The position numbers and the translations under genes were made by a program. Below the pieces are notes generated by a model. That model was not told where the DNA came from and did no database searches. It worked only from the letters and a program-made list of their open reading frames with translations. A stretch of DNA of 47,435 nt, from NCBI GenBank assembly GCA_947589165.1, contig CANQCH010000001.1:1-47435 (forward strand). Direction: 5' to 3'. Source of the stretch: an uncultured Bacilli bacterium (GTDB taxonomy: Bacteria; Bacillota_I; Bacilli_A; RF39; UBA660). Shown in pieces: positions 9,184 to 20,018 of this stretch (position 1 is the first letter of the stretch; each line of letters opens with the position of its first letter).

Positions 9184-10956
9184 ATGTTAGAAGAAAAATT
9201 AAAAACGATACCTCATTTACCGGGTAGTTATCAAATGCGCAATGCCAATAATACGATTATTTATGTCGGTAAAGCCAAAGATTTATTTAAACGGGTTAAT
9301 AGTTATTTTAAAGGTAATGTTACCGGTAAAACCGCTAAATTAGTCAGTGAAATTACGGATTTTACGTATATTACGACGGCAACCGAACAAGAAGCATTTA
9401 TTTTAGAAATTAATTTAATTAAACAATATAATCCTAAATATAATATTTTACTAAAAGATGATAAAACTTATCCTTACATCGAATATATATCTAAACCATA
9501 TCCCCGGTTAAAAGTATCCCGGTATACTAATATCCGGAAAAAAGATAAAAAAGTTTTATTTGGTCCTTATCCGAACGTTTATGCTGCCCGGCGTATTGTG
9601 AATTTAATTAATCGGTTATATCCTTTAAAAAAATGTGAAGGTAATCCCAAAAAGGTGTGCCTATATTATCATATTGGTGAATGCTTAGGTTATTGTGAAA
9701 ATCAAGCATCAGGGAAGGAACTCGCCCAAATGGAAAGCGATATCTTAAGTTTTTTAAAAGGTAATAATAAAATCATTAAAGCGAAAATCATGGAAAAGAT
9801 GGCAAAGCTCGCCGATAACTTAAACTTTGAAGCGGCATTAGAATTAAAAAAAGAATTACAATTTATCGATTTAGTTTTAGATCGCCAAAAAATTGAAATT
9901 CATGATTATATTAATCGCGATGTTGTCGGTTTTTATTTAGATGAAGGCATTGTTTCCGTGCAAATATTATTTTTGCGAAATGGGAAAATTGTCGGGGGCA
10001 GCAATGAAAAATTCTATTTAATTAGTGATTTAATTGATGAAGTCAATTCTTTTATCTTTAATTTTTATTCGAAACATGAAATTCCATCCGAAATTATTAT
10101 TGATAAACGCTTAGATGCCGCAATTATTAGCGATATTTTAAAAACAAAAGTTTATGTTCCCCAAAAGGGAAAGAAAAAAGAATTAGTGGATATGGCTTTA
10201 AATAATGCCCAAATTGCTTTGGAACAAGAATTAAAGATTATTGAAAAAAATGAAAGAAGAACGGAAGGAGCTAATGAAGAACTCCGGCAAATTCTAAACT
10301 TACCAATTTTGGACCGGATTGAAGCTTTCGATAACTCCAATTTATTTGGCTCATTCTCGGTCAGTGGCATGGTCGTTTTTATCGATGGAAAACCCGCCAG
10401 AAAAGAATATCGGAAATATAAAGTTACCGTCGATAAAAATGATGATTATAATACTATGAAAGAAGTAATTTATCGCCGTTATTATCGGGTTTTAGTCGAT
10501 AAATTAGTACCACCGGATTTAATCTTAGTTGATGGGGGTATTAACCAAATCAATGCTTGTAATGATGTTTTAAAGATGCTTAATTTAAAAATTAAAGTTT
10601 GTGGTTTAAAAAAAGATGATCGCCATCGCACTAGTGAACTTATTGATGGTGATACCCTAGAAACGATTGCGATTCCAAGAACCAGTGATATATTTCATTA
10701 TTTGACGCGTATTCAAGATGAAGTCCATCGGTATACCATTACTTATCATAAACAAATTCGGAGTAAAGGTAGTATTGCAAGCGTTTTAGATAATATTGAA
10801 GGTATTGGTTCCGTGCGGAAAAAAATGCTAATTAAAAAGTATGGAAGTGTTGCCAAAATGAAAGAAGCATCGATAAAGGAACTAACCGAAATTATTCCGG
10901 AACCAGTGGCGCAAAATTTAAAAAATTATTTAGAAAATATGAATCGCAGTAATTAG
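9184..10956 (+). CDS. uvrC: Excinuclease ABC subunit C
   Basis: GIY-YIG N-terminus (PGSYQM....IIYVGKAKDL), UVR domain, RNase H-like domain and C-terminal HhH domain. 590 aa. Confidence 0.93.
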   Translation: MLEEKLKTIPHLPGSYQMRNANNTIIYVGKAKDLFKRVNSYFKGNVTGKTAKLVSEITDFTYITTATEQEAFILEINLIKQYNPKYNILLKDDKTYPYIEYISKPYPRLKVSRYTNIRKKDKKVLFGPYPNVYAARRIVNLINRLYPLKKCEGNPKKVCLYYHIGECLGYCENQASGKELAQMESDILSFLKGNNKIIKAKIMEKMAKLADNLNFEAALELKKELQFIDLVLDRQKIEIHDYINRDVVGFYLDEGIVSVQILFLRNGKIVGGSNEKFYLISDLIDEVNSFIFNFYSKHEIPSEIIIDKRLDAAIISDILKTKVYVPQKGKKKELVDMALNNAQIALEQELKIIEKNERRTEGANEELRQILNLPILDRIEAFDNSNLFGSFSVSGMVVFIDGKPARKEYRKYKVTVDKNDDYNTMKEVIYRRYYRVLVDKLVPPDLILVDGGINQINACNDVLKMLNLKIKVCGLKKDDRHRTSELIDGDTLETIAIPRTSDIFHYLTRIQDEVHRYTITYHKQIRSKGSIASVLDNIEGIGSVRKKMLIKKYGSVAKMKEASIKELTEIIPEPVAQNLKNYLENMNRSN

Positions 10957-11048
10957 GAAAAAATTATTCTTTTTGTGACATACAAAGGTTGTTATTGCTA
11001 AATAATTAAAGATATTTTATAATAAATAATAATTTTTAGGAGGATACT

Positions 11049-11714
11049 ATGGAAACAAAAAAAGAATTAAGATCAAATGGAGTAGATTGTTTAGAATTAA
11101 GTGTTTATTTAAGTCAAAAGTTGAAAAATAAAATTGATTTTACTAATTCCGTATTAAGTGGCATCCCTGAAGGAAAATATCGTCCTATTCCCGAAAACTT
11201 TCATAATGGTATCGAATGGCTATGGCAATATGGCATCCCTTTTTATTTTAAATATTGTAAAGATGGTTTTTTACGGCTTGGCGTAGGGGATTCTATTTAT
11301 CATGAAACTTCGATGGGGGAAAAATTGGCTGCTTTAAGTGATTTTTATCTAGCTCTACAGGAAAAATTTGGAGAACCAACCGTTTTTTATACAACAAAGG
11401 ATGATGATGAGGGACTTATAACATTGCAATGGTCATTTATTAATAAAGAAGAAGATATTGCTAAATTTAAAAATAATAGCATGTTCGATGATGCGGATAT
11501 TGATGAATTGATTGTTATTGGCGAACCTATTGCTAAAATGCCAGGATATCAATTAAGTGCGGAAACCAAAAAGATAATTTCCCATCAAGTAGGGCTTCCT
11601 TTTGATTTACTATCTATAGTTGATGAAAATATGGCCGAATATCAAAAATTCAAAGCTTTAGCTAAATCCCCATTTGTTCGCCAAAGAATACCAAAAAAAA
11701 GTGCTAATTTATAG
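11049..11714 (+). CDS. Hypothetical protein
   Basis: 221-aa ORF with a GGAGG RBS. I recognise no domain. Confidence 0.6.
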   Translation: METKKELRSNGVDCLELSVYLSQKLKNKIDFTNSVLSGIPEGKYRPIPENFHNGIEWLWQYGIPFYFKYCKDGFLRLGVGDSIYHETSMGEKLAALSDFYLALQEKFGEPTVFYTTKDDDEGLITLQWSFINKEEDIAKFKNNSMFDDADIDELIVIGEPIAKMPGYQLSAETKKIISHQVGLPFDLLSIVDENMAEYQKFKALAKSPFVRQRIPKKSANL

Positions 11715-11755
11715 CATTTTTTCTTTATTTAGGGTATAATCTATTTGGTGGTAAT

Positions 11756-12892
11756 ATGCGACTTATATCCTTAAATAAAGATCCCAATATTAGCGTTAAA
11801 GAAGAGATTGTTACCTTTTTAAACCCAGATTATGTCTATATTCCCATACTTAAAGAAAAACTATTAGTTAAACAAAATACCAAAGTATTAAAGGGTAGTT
11901 ATATTTTTCAAAATAATTTAGCCATTACTAGTCCTATCTCGGGAAAAGTTATTGGCCTTAAAGTCGAAAAAGGTTATAAATATGTTGTCATTCAAAATGA
12001 TTTTCAAGAAAAAAGAGTTAATGTTAAACGCCCTAATATTAGTCATTTAAGTATTAAAATATTACTTGAAGCATTAGAAAAACATGAAGCTAAAAATTTA
12101 TTAAATCTTTTTCGGAGCTTAAAAAAACGGCAAAATATTATTATCAATGTGATTGATGATGAACCATATTGTAAAACGAGAATTATGCTTTTAAAAGAAA
12201 ATATTACGAATGTTTTAAATTTATTAAGTGGGTTAAGTCTTTTATACCATAGTGAAAAAAATATTGTGGCGATTAAAGCTCAAGAAAGTAGTTTAATTGA
12301 TGAATGTTTGAATGTTATTGGTAGTTATCCGAATATTAATTTAGCTTTAGTTGATGATTTATATTTATTAGGCCAAAATCATTATTTATTAGAACATTTA
12401 AAGTATGATGCGAGTAGTAGTTTATGTTTAACGATTGAAGAATTATTAAGATTATATGATTTAATTTATAATAATGGATATAGTCATGAAAAATTAATTA
12501 CAATTAGTGGTTCGGCGATTGCGGGAGCAGGCCAAGTTTTTAAAGTAAAAAAATATACGGATGCCCATGAATTAATAATTAAAAATTATCATTTAAAGGC
12601 CGCGGATATCCAATATGTTAAAAATGGCTTAATGCGGGGCGATATTACATTAGCACCTGATTTAATTATCACGGATGATATAAATATTATTAATATTATG
12701 AAAAAGGAAGAAGACAAATGTTTGCCATGCTTTAACTGTGGTAAATGTGTCAGTATTTGTCCCGTGAAAATTGATTGTCGGCGCGTTTTAAAACAAAAAA
12801 GGCGTGATCCTCGCTGCCTAAATTGTGGGTTATGTAATTATATTTGTCCTAGTAATATTAAATTAAAAGAAATAATTCGAGGTGAAGAGTAA
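11756..12892 (+). CDS. RnfC-like iron-sulfur protein, degenerate
   Basis: N-terminal SPISGKV barrel-sandwich motif. IINVIDDEPYC matches the RnfC INGAECEPY motif. Two CxxCxxCxxxCP ferredoxin motifs lie at the C-terminus. I could not find the GGAGFP nucleotide-binding motif. Confidence 0.6.
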   Translation: MRLISLNKDPNISVKEEIVTFLNPDYVYIPILKEKLLVKQNTKVLKGSYIFQNNLAITSPISGKVIGLKVEKGYKYVVIQNDFQEKRVNVKRPNISHLSIKILLEALEKHEAKNLLNLFRSLKKRQNIIINVIDDEPYCKTRIMLLKENITNVLNLLSGLSLLYHSEKNIVAIKAQESSLIDECLNVIGSYPNINLALVDDLYLLGQNHYLLEHLKYDASSSLCLTIEELLRLYDLIYNNGYSHEKLITISGSAIAGAGQVFKVKKYTDAHELIIKNYHLKAADIQYVKNGLMRGDITLAPDLIITDDINIINIMKKEEDKCLPCFNCGKCVSICPVKIDCRRVLKQKRRDPRCLNCGLCNYICPSNIKLKEIIRGEE

Positions 12893-13803
12893 TGCCCTAT
12901 ATTCATAGTAAAATAAAAGTCCAAAATATCGTTAGGGATATTATATTTTCTTTACTACCATTAGTAATATATGGTTGTTATAAAAATGGTTATTTAGTTT
13001 ACCAAAAAAATTTAATACCCTTTTGGCTTATTTTTAAACCCTTAATCTTATTTGGGGGCAGTTTCATTATTTATGAATTATATAATTTAATTCGGTATCA
13101 TAAATTATTTTTAGATTATGGTTTAGTGCCATATCTCGTTTTAAGTATGGTTGTATCACCGCAAATAAGTTTAAAATTGTACTTTTTAGTAATTACGATC
13201 TTTCTTTTAATTGATAAACTAATTTTTCGGAAATTAACCTTTAATCGTAGTGCCTTATTAAAACTAGGCTTGGGTATCTGGGCTTATTTAAAGCATAATT
13301 ATGAATACGCTAATCTTTTAGAACAAAAGGGCAATTTTTTATACAATTATTTTGATCTTTTAATGGGTCATCAAATTGGCGGTATTGCATCAACTAGTAT
13401 TATTATCGCGGTAATTGGCTATTTTATTTTAAGTTACCGGCAAGATATTAAAGATCTAATTTTTAAAATTAGCTATGGTACTTTTTTTATCGGTAGTTTA
13501 ATTATGATGCTTTATGAAAAAAATTTTAATTTTACCATTTTATTTAATGCCAATGTTATTTTTGCTCTTATTTTTGTGGCGATGGATGATATTAGTAGCC
13601 CTAATACCCGCGGTGGTTTAATTATTTATAGCCTTTTAATCGGGCTATTAACACTTACTTTTTCTTATTTTACTAATTATTACGCCGGCGTTTATTTAGC
13701 AATTCTTCTTACCAGTTTTGGGGGAAATATTTATGATAGACTAGCTAATTTACGAATTTTCCCGAAAAAAAGTAAAAAAAATAAAGGAAATGGCCTAGGA
13801 TAA
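12892..13803 (+). CDS. RnfD/NqrB-family membrane protein, degenerate
   Basis: Polytopic membrane protein. N-terminus PYIHS......V..I..SLLPL and FVAMDDISSPNTRGGLIIYSLLIGLLT match the RnfD pattern FMATDPVTSP.T..G. The TAATG junction overlaps the rnfC-like gene. Confidence 0.6.
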   Translation: MPYIHSKIKVQNIVRDIIFSLLPLVIYGCYKNGYLVYQKNLIPFWLIFKPLILFGGSFIIYELYNLIRYHKLFLDYGLVPYLVLSMVVSPQISLKLYFLVITIFLLIDKLIFRKLTFNRSALLKLGLGIWAYLKHNYEYANLLEQKGNFLYNYFDLLMGHQIGGIASTSIIIAVIGYFILSYRQDIKDLIFKISYGTFFIGSLIMMLYEKNFNFTILFNANVIFALIFVAMDDISSPNTRGGLIIYSLLIGLLTLTFSYFTNYYAGVYLAILLTSFGGNIYDRLANLRIFPKKSKKNKGNGLG

Positions 13804-13831
13804 GGAAATATATATAATTAGAGGGGAAAAA

Positions 13832-15562
13832 ATGGCTTATATTCGAGAAGAGGAAATTAATAAAATTAGAGCCGAAGCCGATATTGTCGATATCATATCG
13901 GATTATTTAGCGTTGCAACCAAAAGGGAAAAATTATGTGGCTTTATGTCCATTTCACAATGATCATTCCCCTAGTTTAGTTGTTTCCAAAGAACGACAAA
14001 TATTTAATTGTTTTACTTGTCGAACCGGAGGAAATGTTTTTAGTTTTGTCATGAAATACGAAAATGTTTCTTTTATCGAAGCTATCGAAATTGTGGCCCG
14101 AAAAATTGGCTATAATTTACATATTGACCATCAAGTAAACGAAAATAAAGCGTTAAAAAAAGAATACGAAATGTATGATTTAGCAACGAAATTTTACCAA
14201 AATAATTTAAATAGTACGGAAGGCACTTTAGCCCGCGAATATTTAAAATCGCGGGGTATTAATCAAGATATTATAAAAGAATTTAAGCTTGGTTTAGCTT
14301 TAGATAAAAAAGATGTCTTATATCAATTATTAAGCCAAAAAGAATTTAGTTTAAATGAGATTGAAGGTCTGGGCCTCGTTAATAAATCGGGCACCGCTAT
14401 TTTTGATACTTTTCAAAAACGCATTATGATTCCCATTGCTAATTTGAATGGCCAAGTTGTAGCTTTTACGGGACGAATATATCAAAATGAAGATACGGCC
14501 AAATATATTAATACGAAAGAAACGAGTATCTATAAAAAAGGCCATATCTTATTTAATTTTGCCAATGCCAAAGAAGATATCAAAAAATCACACGAAATGA
14601 TTATTGTCGAAGGTAATATGGATGCAATTATGCTTAGTGCGAAAGGGATTAAAAATGTCGTGGCTTTAATGGGAGTAGCTATTTCCCCTGAACAAATCGC
14701 CGAGATTAAAAAGCTGCGGGTTAAAGTAATCGTCATGTTAGATAATGATAATGCCGGGGAAAGTGCGACTTTAGATGTGGGTGATAAACTCTTGACGAAT
14801 GGCATTGAAACGAAAGTAGTGCGGTTAAGTGGGGCAAAAGACCCGGATGAATATATTCGCCAGTATGGTTTAGATGCGTTAAAAAATAATTTAAAAGAAG
14901 CACCAAGTTATTTAGATTTTAAATTAAATTATTTAAAAAGTGATAAAGATTTGCAAAATATTACCGATGTGGTAAAATACATCAAGGAAGTTTTGCATTC
15001 ACTAGCGCATTATGATGATTTAACTAAGGAAATGATTATCAATAAATTAAGTGAAAATTATCATTTGGATAAAGAAGTTTTAAAGCAAAACTTAGGTCCG
15101 ATAAAACCAGTTTTAAAACCAGAAGGACCAAAAGTGGAAACATCAAAAGCTAAAACTAAATATGATATTGCCGCCCGAGCCATCCTTTATGCCATGATGA
15201 ACGATAGTAAATATATTCGCATTTATAAAGAAAACTTAGGTTATTTTAAGAATAAAAGCGAAAGAATAATTGCGAGTGAAATCGTTTATTATAATAATAA
15301 CCATCAAGGTATAAATATGGCCGATTTTCTCACCTTTATGGAAGGAAGAGACGATATATATCCCTATTTAATGGAAATAATCCATGAAAATGAAGAACAA
15401 GAGTTAAATACAGATGAATTTAATAATTGGATTGCCGTCGTAATTAAAGAATTAAAAAAAGCGGAAATTAATGATTTAAAAAAACAAATGCAGCAGGAAA
15501 TGGATGTCAATAAGAAAATGGAAATTTTAGCTAAATTAGCGGAATTAAAAAAGGAAGTGTAG
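13832..15562 (+). CDS. dnaG: DNA primase
   Basis: CHC2 zinc finger ([11 protein letters not shown]...FNCFTC) and TOPRIM domain (VEGNMD, DNDNAG). Confidence 0.93.
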   Translation: MAYIREEEINKIRAEADIVDIISDYLALQPKGKNYVALCPFHNDHSPSLVVSKERQIFNCFTCRTGGNVFSFVMKYENVSFIEAIEIVARKIGYNLHIDHQVNENKALKKEYEMYDLATKFYQNNLNSTEGTLAREYLKSRGINQDIIKEFKLGLALDKKDVLYQLLSQKEFSLNEIEGLGLVNKSGTAIFDTFQKRIMIPIANLNGQVVAFTGRIYQNEDTAKYINTKETSIYKKGHILFNFANAKEDIKKSHEMIIVEGNMDAIMLSAKGIKNVVALMGVAISPEQIAEIKKLRVKVIVMLDNDNAGESATLDVGDKLLTNGIETKVVRLSGAKDPDEYIRQYGLDALKNNLKEAPSYLDFKLNYLKSDKDLQNITDVVKYIKEVLHSLAHYDDLTKEMIINKLSENYHLDKEVLKQNLGPIKPVLKPEGPKVETSKAKTKYDIAARAILYAMMNDSKYIRIYKENLGYFKNKSERIIASEIVYYNNNHQGINMADFLTFMEGRDDIYPYLMEIIHENEEQELNTDEFNNWIAVVIKELKKAEINDLKKQMQQEMDVNKKMEILAKLAELKKEV

Positions 15563-15564
15563 AT

Positions 15565-16683
15565 ATGAAGAAGGTTAAAGAAATTAAGGAAATTAAAACT
15601 TTAGAAGAAAGAGTCGAATCATTACTTGTAATTGGGAAAGAAAAGGGTTATATAACTTTTGAACAATTAGCGGAAGAATTAAAAGGTTTAGAAGTTGATA
15701 GTGATTCCTTAGACGAATTATATAATAAATTTGTCGAAAATAAAATTAATGTTATTCCCGAAGCTGATGTCGATAGTGATGGTAATGCGCGGAAAAAAGA
15801 AGATGAACAAGATGATGTCATTATTGTCGAAGAAGATATCACGAAAGATACGAATATTAACGATCCTGTGCGGATGTATTTAAAAGAAATTGGGCGCATC
15901 CCTTTACTATCACCGGAACAAGAAATGGAAATTTCAAAACGTGTAGCAGCCGGAGATGAAGAAGCGAAAAGAATTCTCGCCGAATCTAATTTACGGTTAG
16001 TCGTAAGTATTGCCAAAAGATATGTGGGACGTGGTTTATTATTCTTGGATTTAATTCAAGAAGGTAATATTGGGTTAATGAAAGCTGTCGATAAATTTGA
16101 TTATGATAAAGGTTATAAATTTTCGACTTATGCAACATGGTGGATTCGCCAAGCTATTACGAGAGCCCTAGCGGATCAAGCCCGGACTATTAGAGTACCC
16201 GTTCATATGGTTGAAACGATTAATAAATTAGCCCGCATCCAACGCCAATTAACGCTTGATTTAAATCGGGATCCATCCGAAGAAGAAATTGCAAAAAAGA
16301 TGAATATTACGCCCGAAAAGGTTAGAGAAGTTTTAAAAATTAGTCAAGAACCATTATCTTTGGAAACGCCCATTGGTGAAGAAGAAGATTCTAACTTTGG
16401 CGATTTTTTGAAAGATGAATCTTGTCTTTCTCCTGAAGAATTTACCGAAAATGAAATGTTAAAAAAAGAAATAAAAGAAGTTTTAATGTCTTTACAAGAA
16501 CGGGAACAACAAGTCTTAGAATTACGATTTGGTCTTATTGATGGAACTTGTCATACCCTTGAAGAAGTAGGCAAACGCTTTAATGTTACCCGCGAAAGAA
16601 TCAGACAAATTGAAGCAAAAGCTTTAAGAAAGTTAAGACATCCATCGCGGGCCAAAAAATTACGTGATTTTTTAGGTGAATAA
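15565..16683 (+). CDS. sigA: Primary RNA polymerase sigma factor
   Basis: Regions 1.2 to 4.2 are present, including [13 protein letters not shown] and [18 protein letters not shown]. It follows dnaG. Confidence 0.95.
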   Translation: MKKVKEIKEIKTLEERVESLLVIGKEKGYITFEQLAEELKGLEVDSDSLDELYNKFVENKINVIPEADVDSDGNARKKEDEQDDVIIVEEDITKDTNINDPVRMYLKEIGRIPLLSPEQEMEISKRVAAGDEEAKRILAESNLRLVVSIAKRYVGRGLLFLDLIQEGNIGLMKAVDKFDYDKGYKFSTYATWWIRQAITRALADQARTIRVPVHMVETINKLARIQRQLTLDLNRDPSEEEIAKKMNITPEKVREVLKISQEPLSLETPIGEEEDSNFGDFLKDESCLSPEEFTENEMLKKEIKEVLMSLQEREQQVLELRFGLIDGTCHTLEEVGKRFNVTRERIRQIEAKALRKLRHPSRAKKLRDFLGE

Positions 16684-17309
16684 TGAATTCTAAACGAATT
16701 CAAATAATGGCGGAATTAGTTAGTACTAATCATAAAGTTATTGATATTGGTACCGATCATGCTTATTTACCCATTTATTTAGTTCAAAAACGTGCATTTA
16801 CCGATGTTACGGCTGCGGATATCTCAGCTAAAGTATTAGAGCAAGCCCAAAAAAATATTGCTAAATTTAATTTAACGGATAAAATTAAAATCATCGTTTC
16901 TGATGGATTTAAAAATACATCGGTCAAATATGAGACGGCTGTTATCGCCGGTTTAGGTTTTAATACTATTGCCAAAATTATTAATGAAGCTATTCTTTTA
17001 CCCGAAGAACTTATTATTGAAAGTAATAATCATATTGAACAATTAAGAAAATTTATGATGCAAAAAGGTTACCAAATCGTTAAAGAAGTTGTTGTATATG
17101 AAAAGGGGAAATATTATGTTATTCTTAAATATAAGAAAGGTCCAGAAAAATTAACTTGGGAAGAAATAAATTTTGGTAAAAATAAAGATAAAAGTTTTTT
17201 AACTTTCTTGTATCAAAAAAAATTAAGTGAATATAATCATAATCATTTACCAGAATACGAAGAATATTTGCAAAAATTAAATACGTTTATTGAAAAAATA
17301 CCGGATTAG
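16683..17309 (+). CDS. trmK: tRNA (adenine22-N1)-methyltransferase TrmK (YqfN-like)
   Basis: Motifs DIGTDHAYLPIYL and TAADI.... Conserved position after sigA. Confidence 0.8.
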   Translation: MNSKRIQIMAELVSTNHKVIDIGTDHAYLPIYLVQKRAFTDVTAADISAKVLEQAQKNIAKFNLTDKIKIIVSDGFKNTSVKYETAVIAGLGFNTIAKIINEAILLPEELIIESNNHIEQLRKFMMQKGYQIVKEVVVYEKGKYYVILKYKKGPEKLTWEEINFGKNKDKSFLTFLYQKKLSEYNHNHLPEYEEYLQKLNTFIEKIPD

Positions 17310-17547
17310 ATGTTGCAATTGTTTGCGCTTCACTGGTATTTTTTTGTGGGGGTGTAATGCTATTTTCTTTGGGCGGGTTATAATGCGAAAATTCTTTTAT
17401 TATTCCCATCATTTTTCGCGCATTACTGATTAGAGGTTTGGCTTGCTGATAAAGGGGAATCATTTGATTAGCAAAATTTAAGCCTCGGGATAACCCGGAT
17501 AACATTTTTGTAAGGGAAAAGCCTTGCGTTAAATTGGGTCCAAACAT
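17287..17547 (-). CDS. VrrA/YqfQ-family small protein (tentative)
   Basis: AGGTGA RBS 8 nt before the ATG at 17547. The pattern L..ML.GL......Q.IP.YQQ.KPL..N recalls Bacillus YqfQ. Its 3' end overlaps trmK by 23 nt. Confidence 0.45.
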   Translation of the reverse strand: MFGPNLTQGFSLTKMLSGLSRGLNFANQMIPLYQQAKPLISNARKMMGIIKEFSHYNPPKENSITPPQKNTSEAQTIATSNPVFFQ

Positions 17548-17658
17548 ATTACAATTCACCTATAAATAGTATATGCATATTTTTATTTTTGAATCTTATC
17601 AAATACCTAATTTCTTATTGATAAAAACGAAAGTTAATGATATACTTATTAATATAAT

Positions 17659-19251
17659 ATGGAGGGAAGAAGTGTGGATACAGTAAATAACGAAATGAAG
17701 AAAAATAATTCCTTTATACAAACTTTGATTCTCCCTTTTTATACTATTTTGAATATTATAGTTTTTGCTTTAAAAGGATTTAAAGCCCTTTTCTATGATT
17801 TATGGATAATTATTTTTAATTCTCTAAGTTATCGGCTCGATCGCATTTATCAAACAACAAAGGAAACATCTTTAAATGAAAACGATGACATTTATGAACG
17901 AACTAAAAAAATGAAAAAGAAAAAAGTTTATCATTATTCGGATAAAACTTTAGCTAATTTAGAAAAGAAAAAAGCCGAATTATTAGAAGATTTACAAAAA
18001 GCGGGCGCAACCAGAAGTAAAGAACCTCATATTTATTTATTTAAAGTTAAAGATACCCGTAATGGACGCATTTTTACCGGTACCATGCCGGGTTTTTCCA
18101 AATTAGATATTAATTCCTTTTTATTAAATGAAGGCTACGAAGTATATTCCATTACGACTAATTCGTGGTTAGATATGCTATACCATAAAACTTCCTTTTT
18201 TGGTAATCGGCGGATGAATACCAAAGATTTAATCTTTTGGCTTACGCAATTGGCAACTTATTTAAAAGCAGGACTAACTTTAAACGATTCGATTAAAATT
18301 TTAACCGGTCAAATTAAAGGTGATAGTTCAAGAGAAAGAGCTTTCCAATCAATTTCTTATGAATTAACTTTAGGAGAACCTTTTTCGGTTGCTTTAGAAA
18401 AGCAAGGAGATATGTTTCCTGCCCTTTTAATTAATATGATAAAAGCCGCCGAAGCAAGTGGGACCTTAATTGAAACTTTAGAAGATATGGCTAATTATTA
18501 TACCGAAGTAAATACGACAAAAAAAGAAATGATTAGTGCTATGACTTATCCAGCTATCATTACGGTTTTTGCTTTAGGCGTAGTCATCTTTATCTTAATT
18601 TATGTTGTACCCAAATTTACCAAAATATATGATAACTTTGGGGCCGAAATTAATGGCTTTACCCAATTTATTATTGATGCTAGTCAATTTTTAAAAAATA
18701 ATATTGTCTTAATTTTATTAATTATTTTCTTAATCGTTTTAGTTATTATTATTTTATACCGGTCTGTTAAATTATTTCGAACTTATTTTCAAGTCCTTTT
18801 AATGCATATTCCTATTGTAAAAGATGTCATTATTTATAAAGAATTAACGATCTTTTCGAAAACCTTTGCTTCTTTATTAAAAAATAATGTCTTTATTACC
18901 GAAAGTGTCGGTATTTTAAGTAAAATTACCAATAATGAAATTTATAAAGCCATTCTTTATCGCACCATCAATAATATCATTAAAGGGGAAAAAATTTCCG
19001 AAGCTTTTGCGGATCACTGGGCAGTCCCTGATGTAGCCTATTTCATGATTGTTACCGGCGAATCGACTGGTCGTTTAGCGGAAATGATGCAAAAGGTAAG
19101 TGAGTATTATCAAGAAATGCATCGGTCGATTGTCAATAATTTAAAAGCTTTTATTGAACCAATTATGATTTCCTTTTTAGCTGTCGTGGTTGGGGGCATT
19201 ATTATTGCAGTTATTGTTCCAATGTTTAATATTTATAGTATGATCAAATAG
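17659..19251 (+). CDS. Type II secretion / type IV pilus platform protein (GspF/PilC/ComGB family) with an N-terminal hydrophobic extension
   Basis: Two T2SSF repeats and three C-terminal-half TM segments. An N-terminal beta-rich module (YLFKVKDTRNGRIFTGTM...LLNEGYEVYSI) is preceded by about 60 extra residues that include a TM segment. The start is uncertain, and GTG at 17674 is possible. Confidence 0.8.
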   Translation: MEGRSVDTVNNEMKKNNSFIQTLILPFYTILNIIVFALKGFKALFYDLWIIIFNSLSYRLDRIYQTTKETSLNENDDIYERTKKMKKKKVYHYSDKTLANLEKKKAELLEDLQKAGATRSKEPHIYLFKVKDTRNGRIFTGTMPGFSKLDINSFLLNEGYEVYSITTNSWLDMLYHKTSFFGNRRMNTKDLIFWLTQLATYLKAGLTLNDSIKILTGQIKGDSSRERAFQSISYELTLGEPFSVALEKQGDMFPALLINMIKAAEASGTLIETLEDMANYYTEVNTTKKEMISAMTYPAIITVFALGVVIFILIYVVPKFTKIYDNFGAEINGFTQFIIDASQFLKNNIVLILLIIFLIVLVIIILYRSVKLFRTYFQVLLMHIPIVKDVIIYKELTIFSKTFASLLKNNVFITESVGILSKITNNEIYKAILYRTINNIIKGEKISEAFADHWAVPDVAYFMIVTGESTGRLAEMMQKVSEYYQEMHRSIVNNLKAFIEPIMISFLAVVVGGIIIAVIVPMFNIYSMIK

Positions 19252-19258
19252 GTGAAAT

Positions 19259-20011
19259 ATGGCAATTTTAATTTTTATTCTTGGCTTATTATTTGGCTCA
19301 TTTTATTTAGTGGTGGGTCTACGTTTACCCAAAGGGGAAGATGCTTTATTTTCTAGAAGCCACTGCGATAACTGTCAGCATGTTTTAAAATGGTATAATT
19401 TAATTCCCATTTTTTCTTTTATTGGGCAAAAAGGAAAGTGTCCCTATTGTCACGAAAAAATTAGTCCCTTAAATATAATAGTGGAATTAGCCACTGGTTT
19501 TCTTTTTACCTTAGGATATTTAATGTACGGTTTTTCTTATGAATTTTATCTATATTTAATCGTTGTTTCATTAATGATCCTAATTTTTATTACCGATTTC
19601 ATTTATTTAATTATTCTAGATTCACCATTAATTATTGGTACTATCTTAGTTATTATTTTAAAATATATTTACTTGGGCCTTATGCCTGCTTTAACTAGTC
19701 TTTTGAATGGTATTTTATTATTTTTCGTCATGTATTTAATTCAATTTCTAGGGAGTAAATTATTTAAAAAGGAATCTTTAGGTGGCGGTGATGTTAAATT
19801 TGCCTTTCTAATTGGGTTAATTTTGGATTTTCCTTTAGGTTTAGTGACCTTAATTTTATCGACTTTTTTAGCTTTACCATATTCCATAGCTACTTTATAT
19901 ATGACCAAAAATCACGAAGTGCCATATGGTCCCTTTTTAGTTGGAGCGCTTTTTATCGTTATTGTTTTCTTAGATAAATTTAAAGCTTTATTATTAGTAT
20001 TATTTCCATAA
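19259..20011 (+). CDS. Prepilin peptidase (A24 family, PilD/ComC-like)
   Basis: N-terminal Cys cluster (CDNC...CPYC), GGGDVKF catalytic Asp motif, polytopic. Confidence 0.88.
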   Translation: MAILIFILGLLFGSFYLVVGLRLPKGEDALFSRSHCDNCQHVLKWYNLIPIFSFIGQKGKCPYCHEKISPLNIIVELATGFLFTLGYLMYGFSYEFYLYLIVVSLMILIFITDFIYLIILDSPLIIGTILVIILKYIYLGLMPALTSLLNGILLFFVMYLIQFLGSKLFKKESLGGGDVKFAFLIGLILDFPLGLVTLILSTFLALPYSIATLYMTKNHEVPYGPFLVGALFIVIVFLDKFKALLLVLFP

Positions 20012-20018
20012 AAAAAGC

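Noticed and set aside
15648-16016. 122-aa minus-strand ORF inside sigA. Others lie inside dnaG (14351..14545, 14530..14805), trmK (16784..16975), uvrC (10152..10370) and mnmA (21518..21706).
   Set aside because: They are antisense to well-supported housekeeping genes and have no RBS or recognisable motifs.
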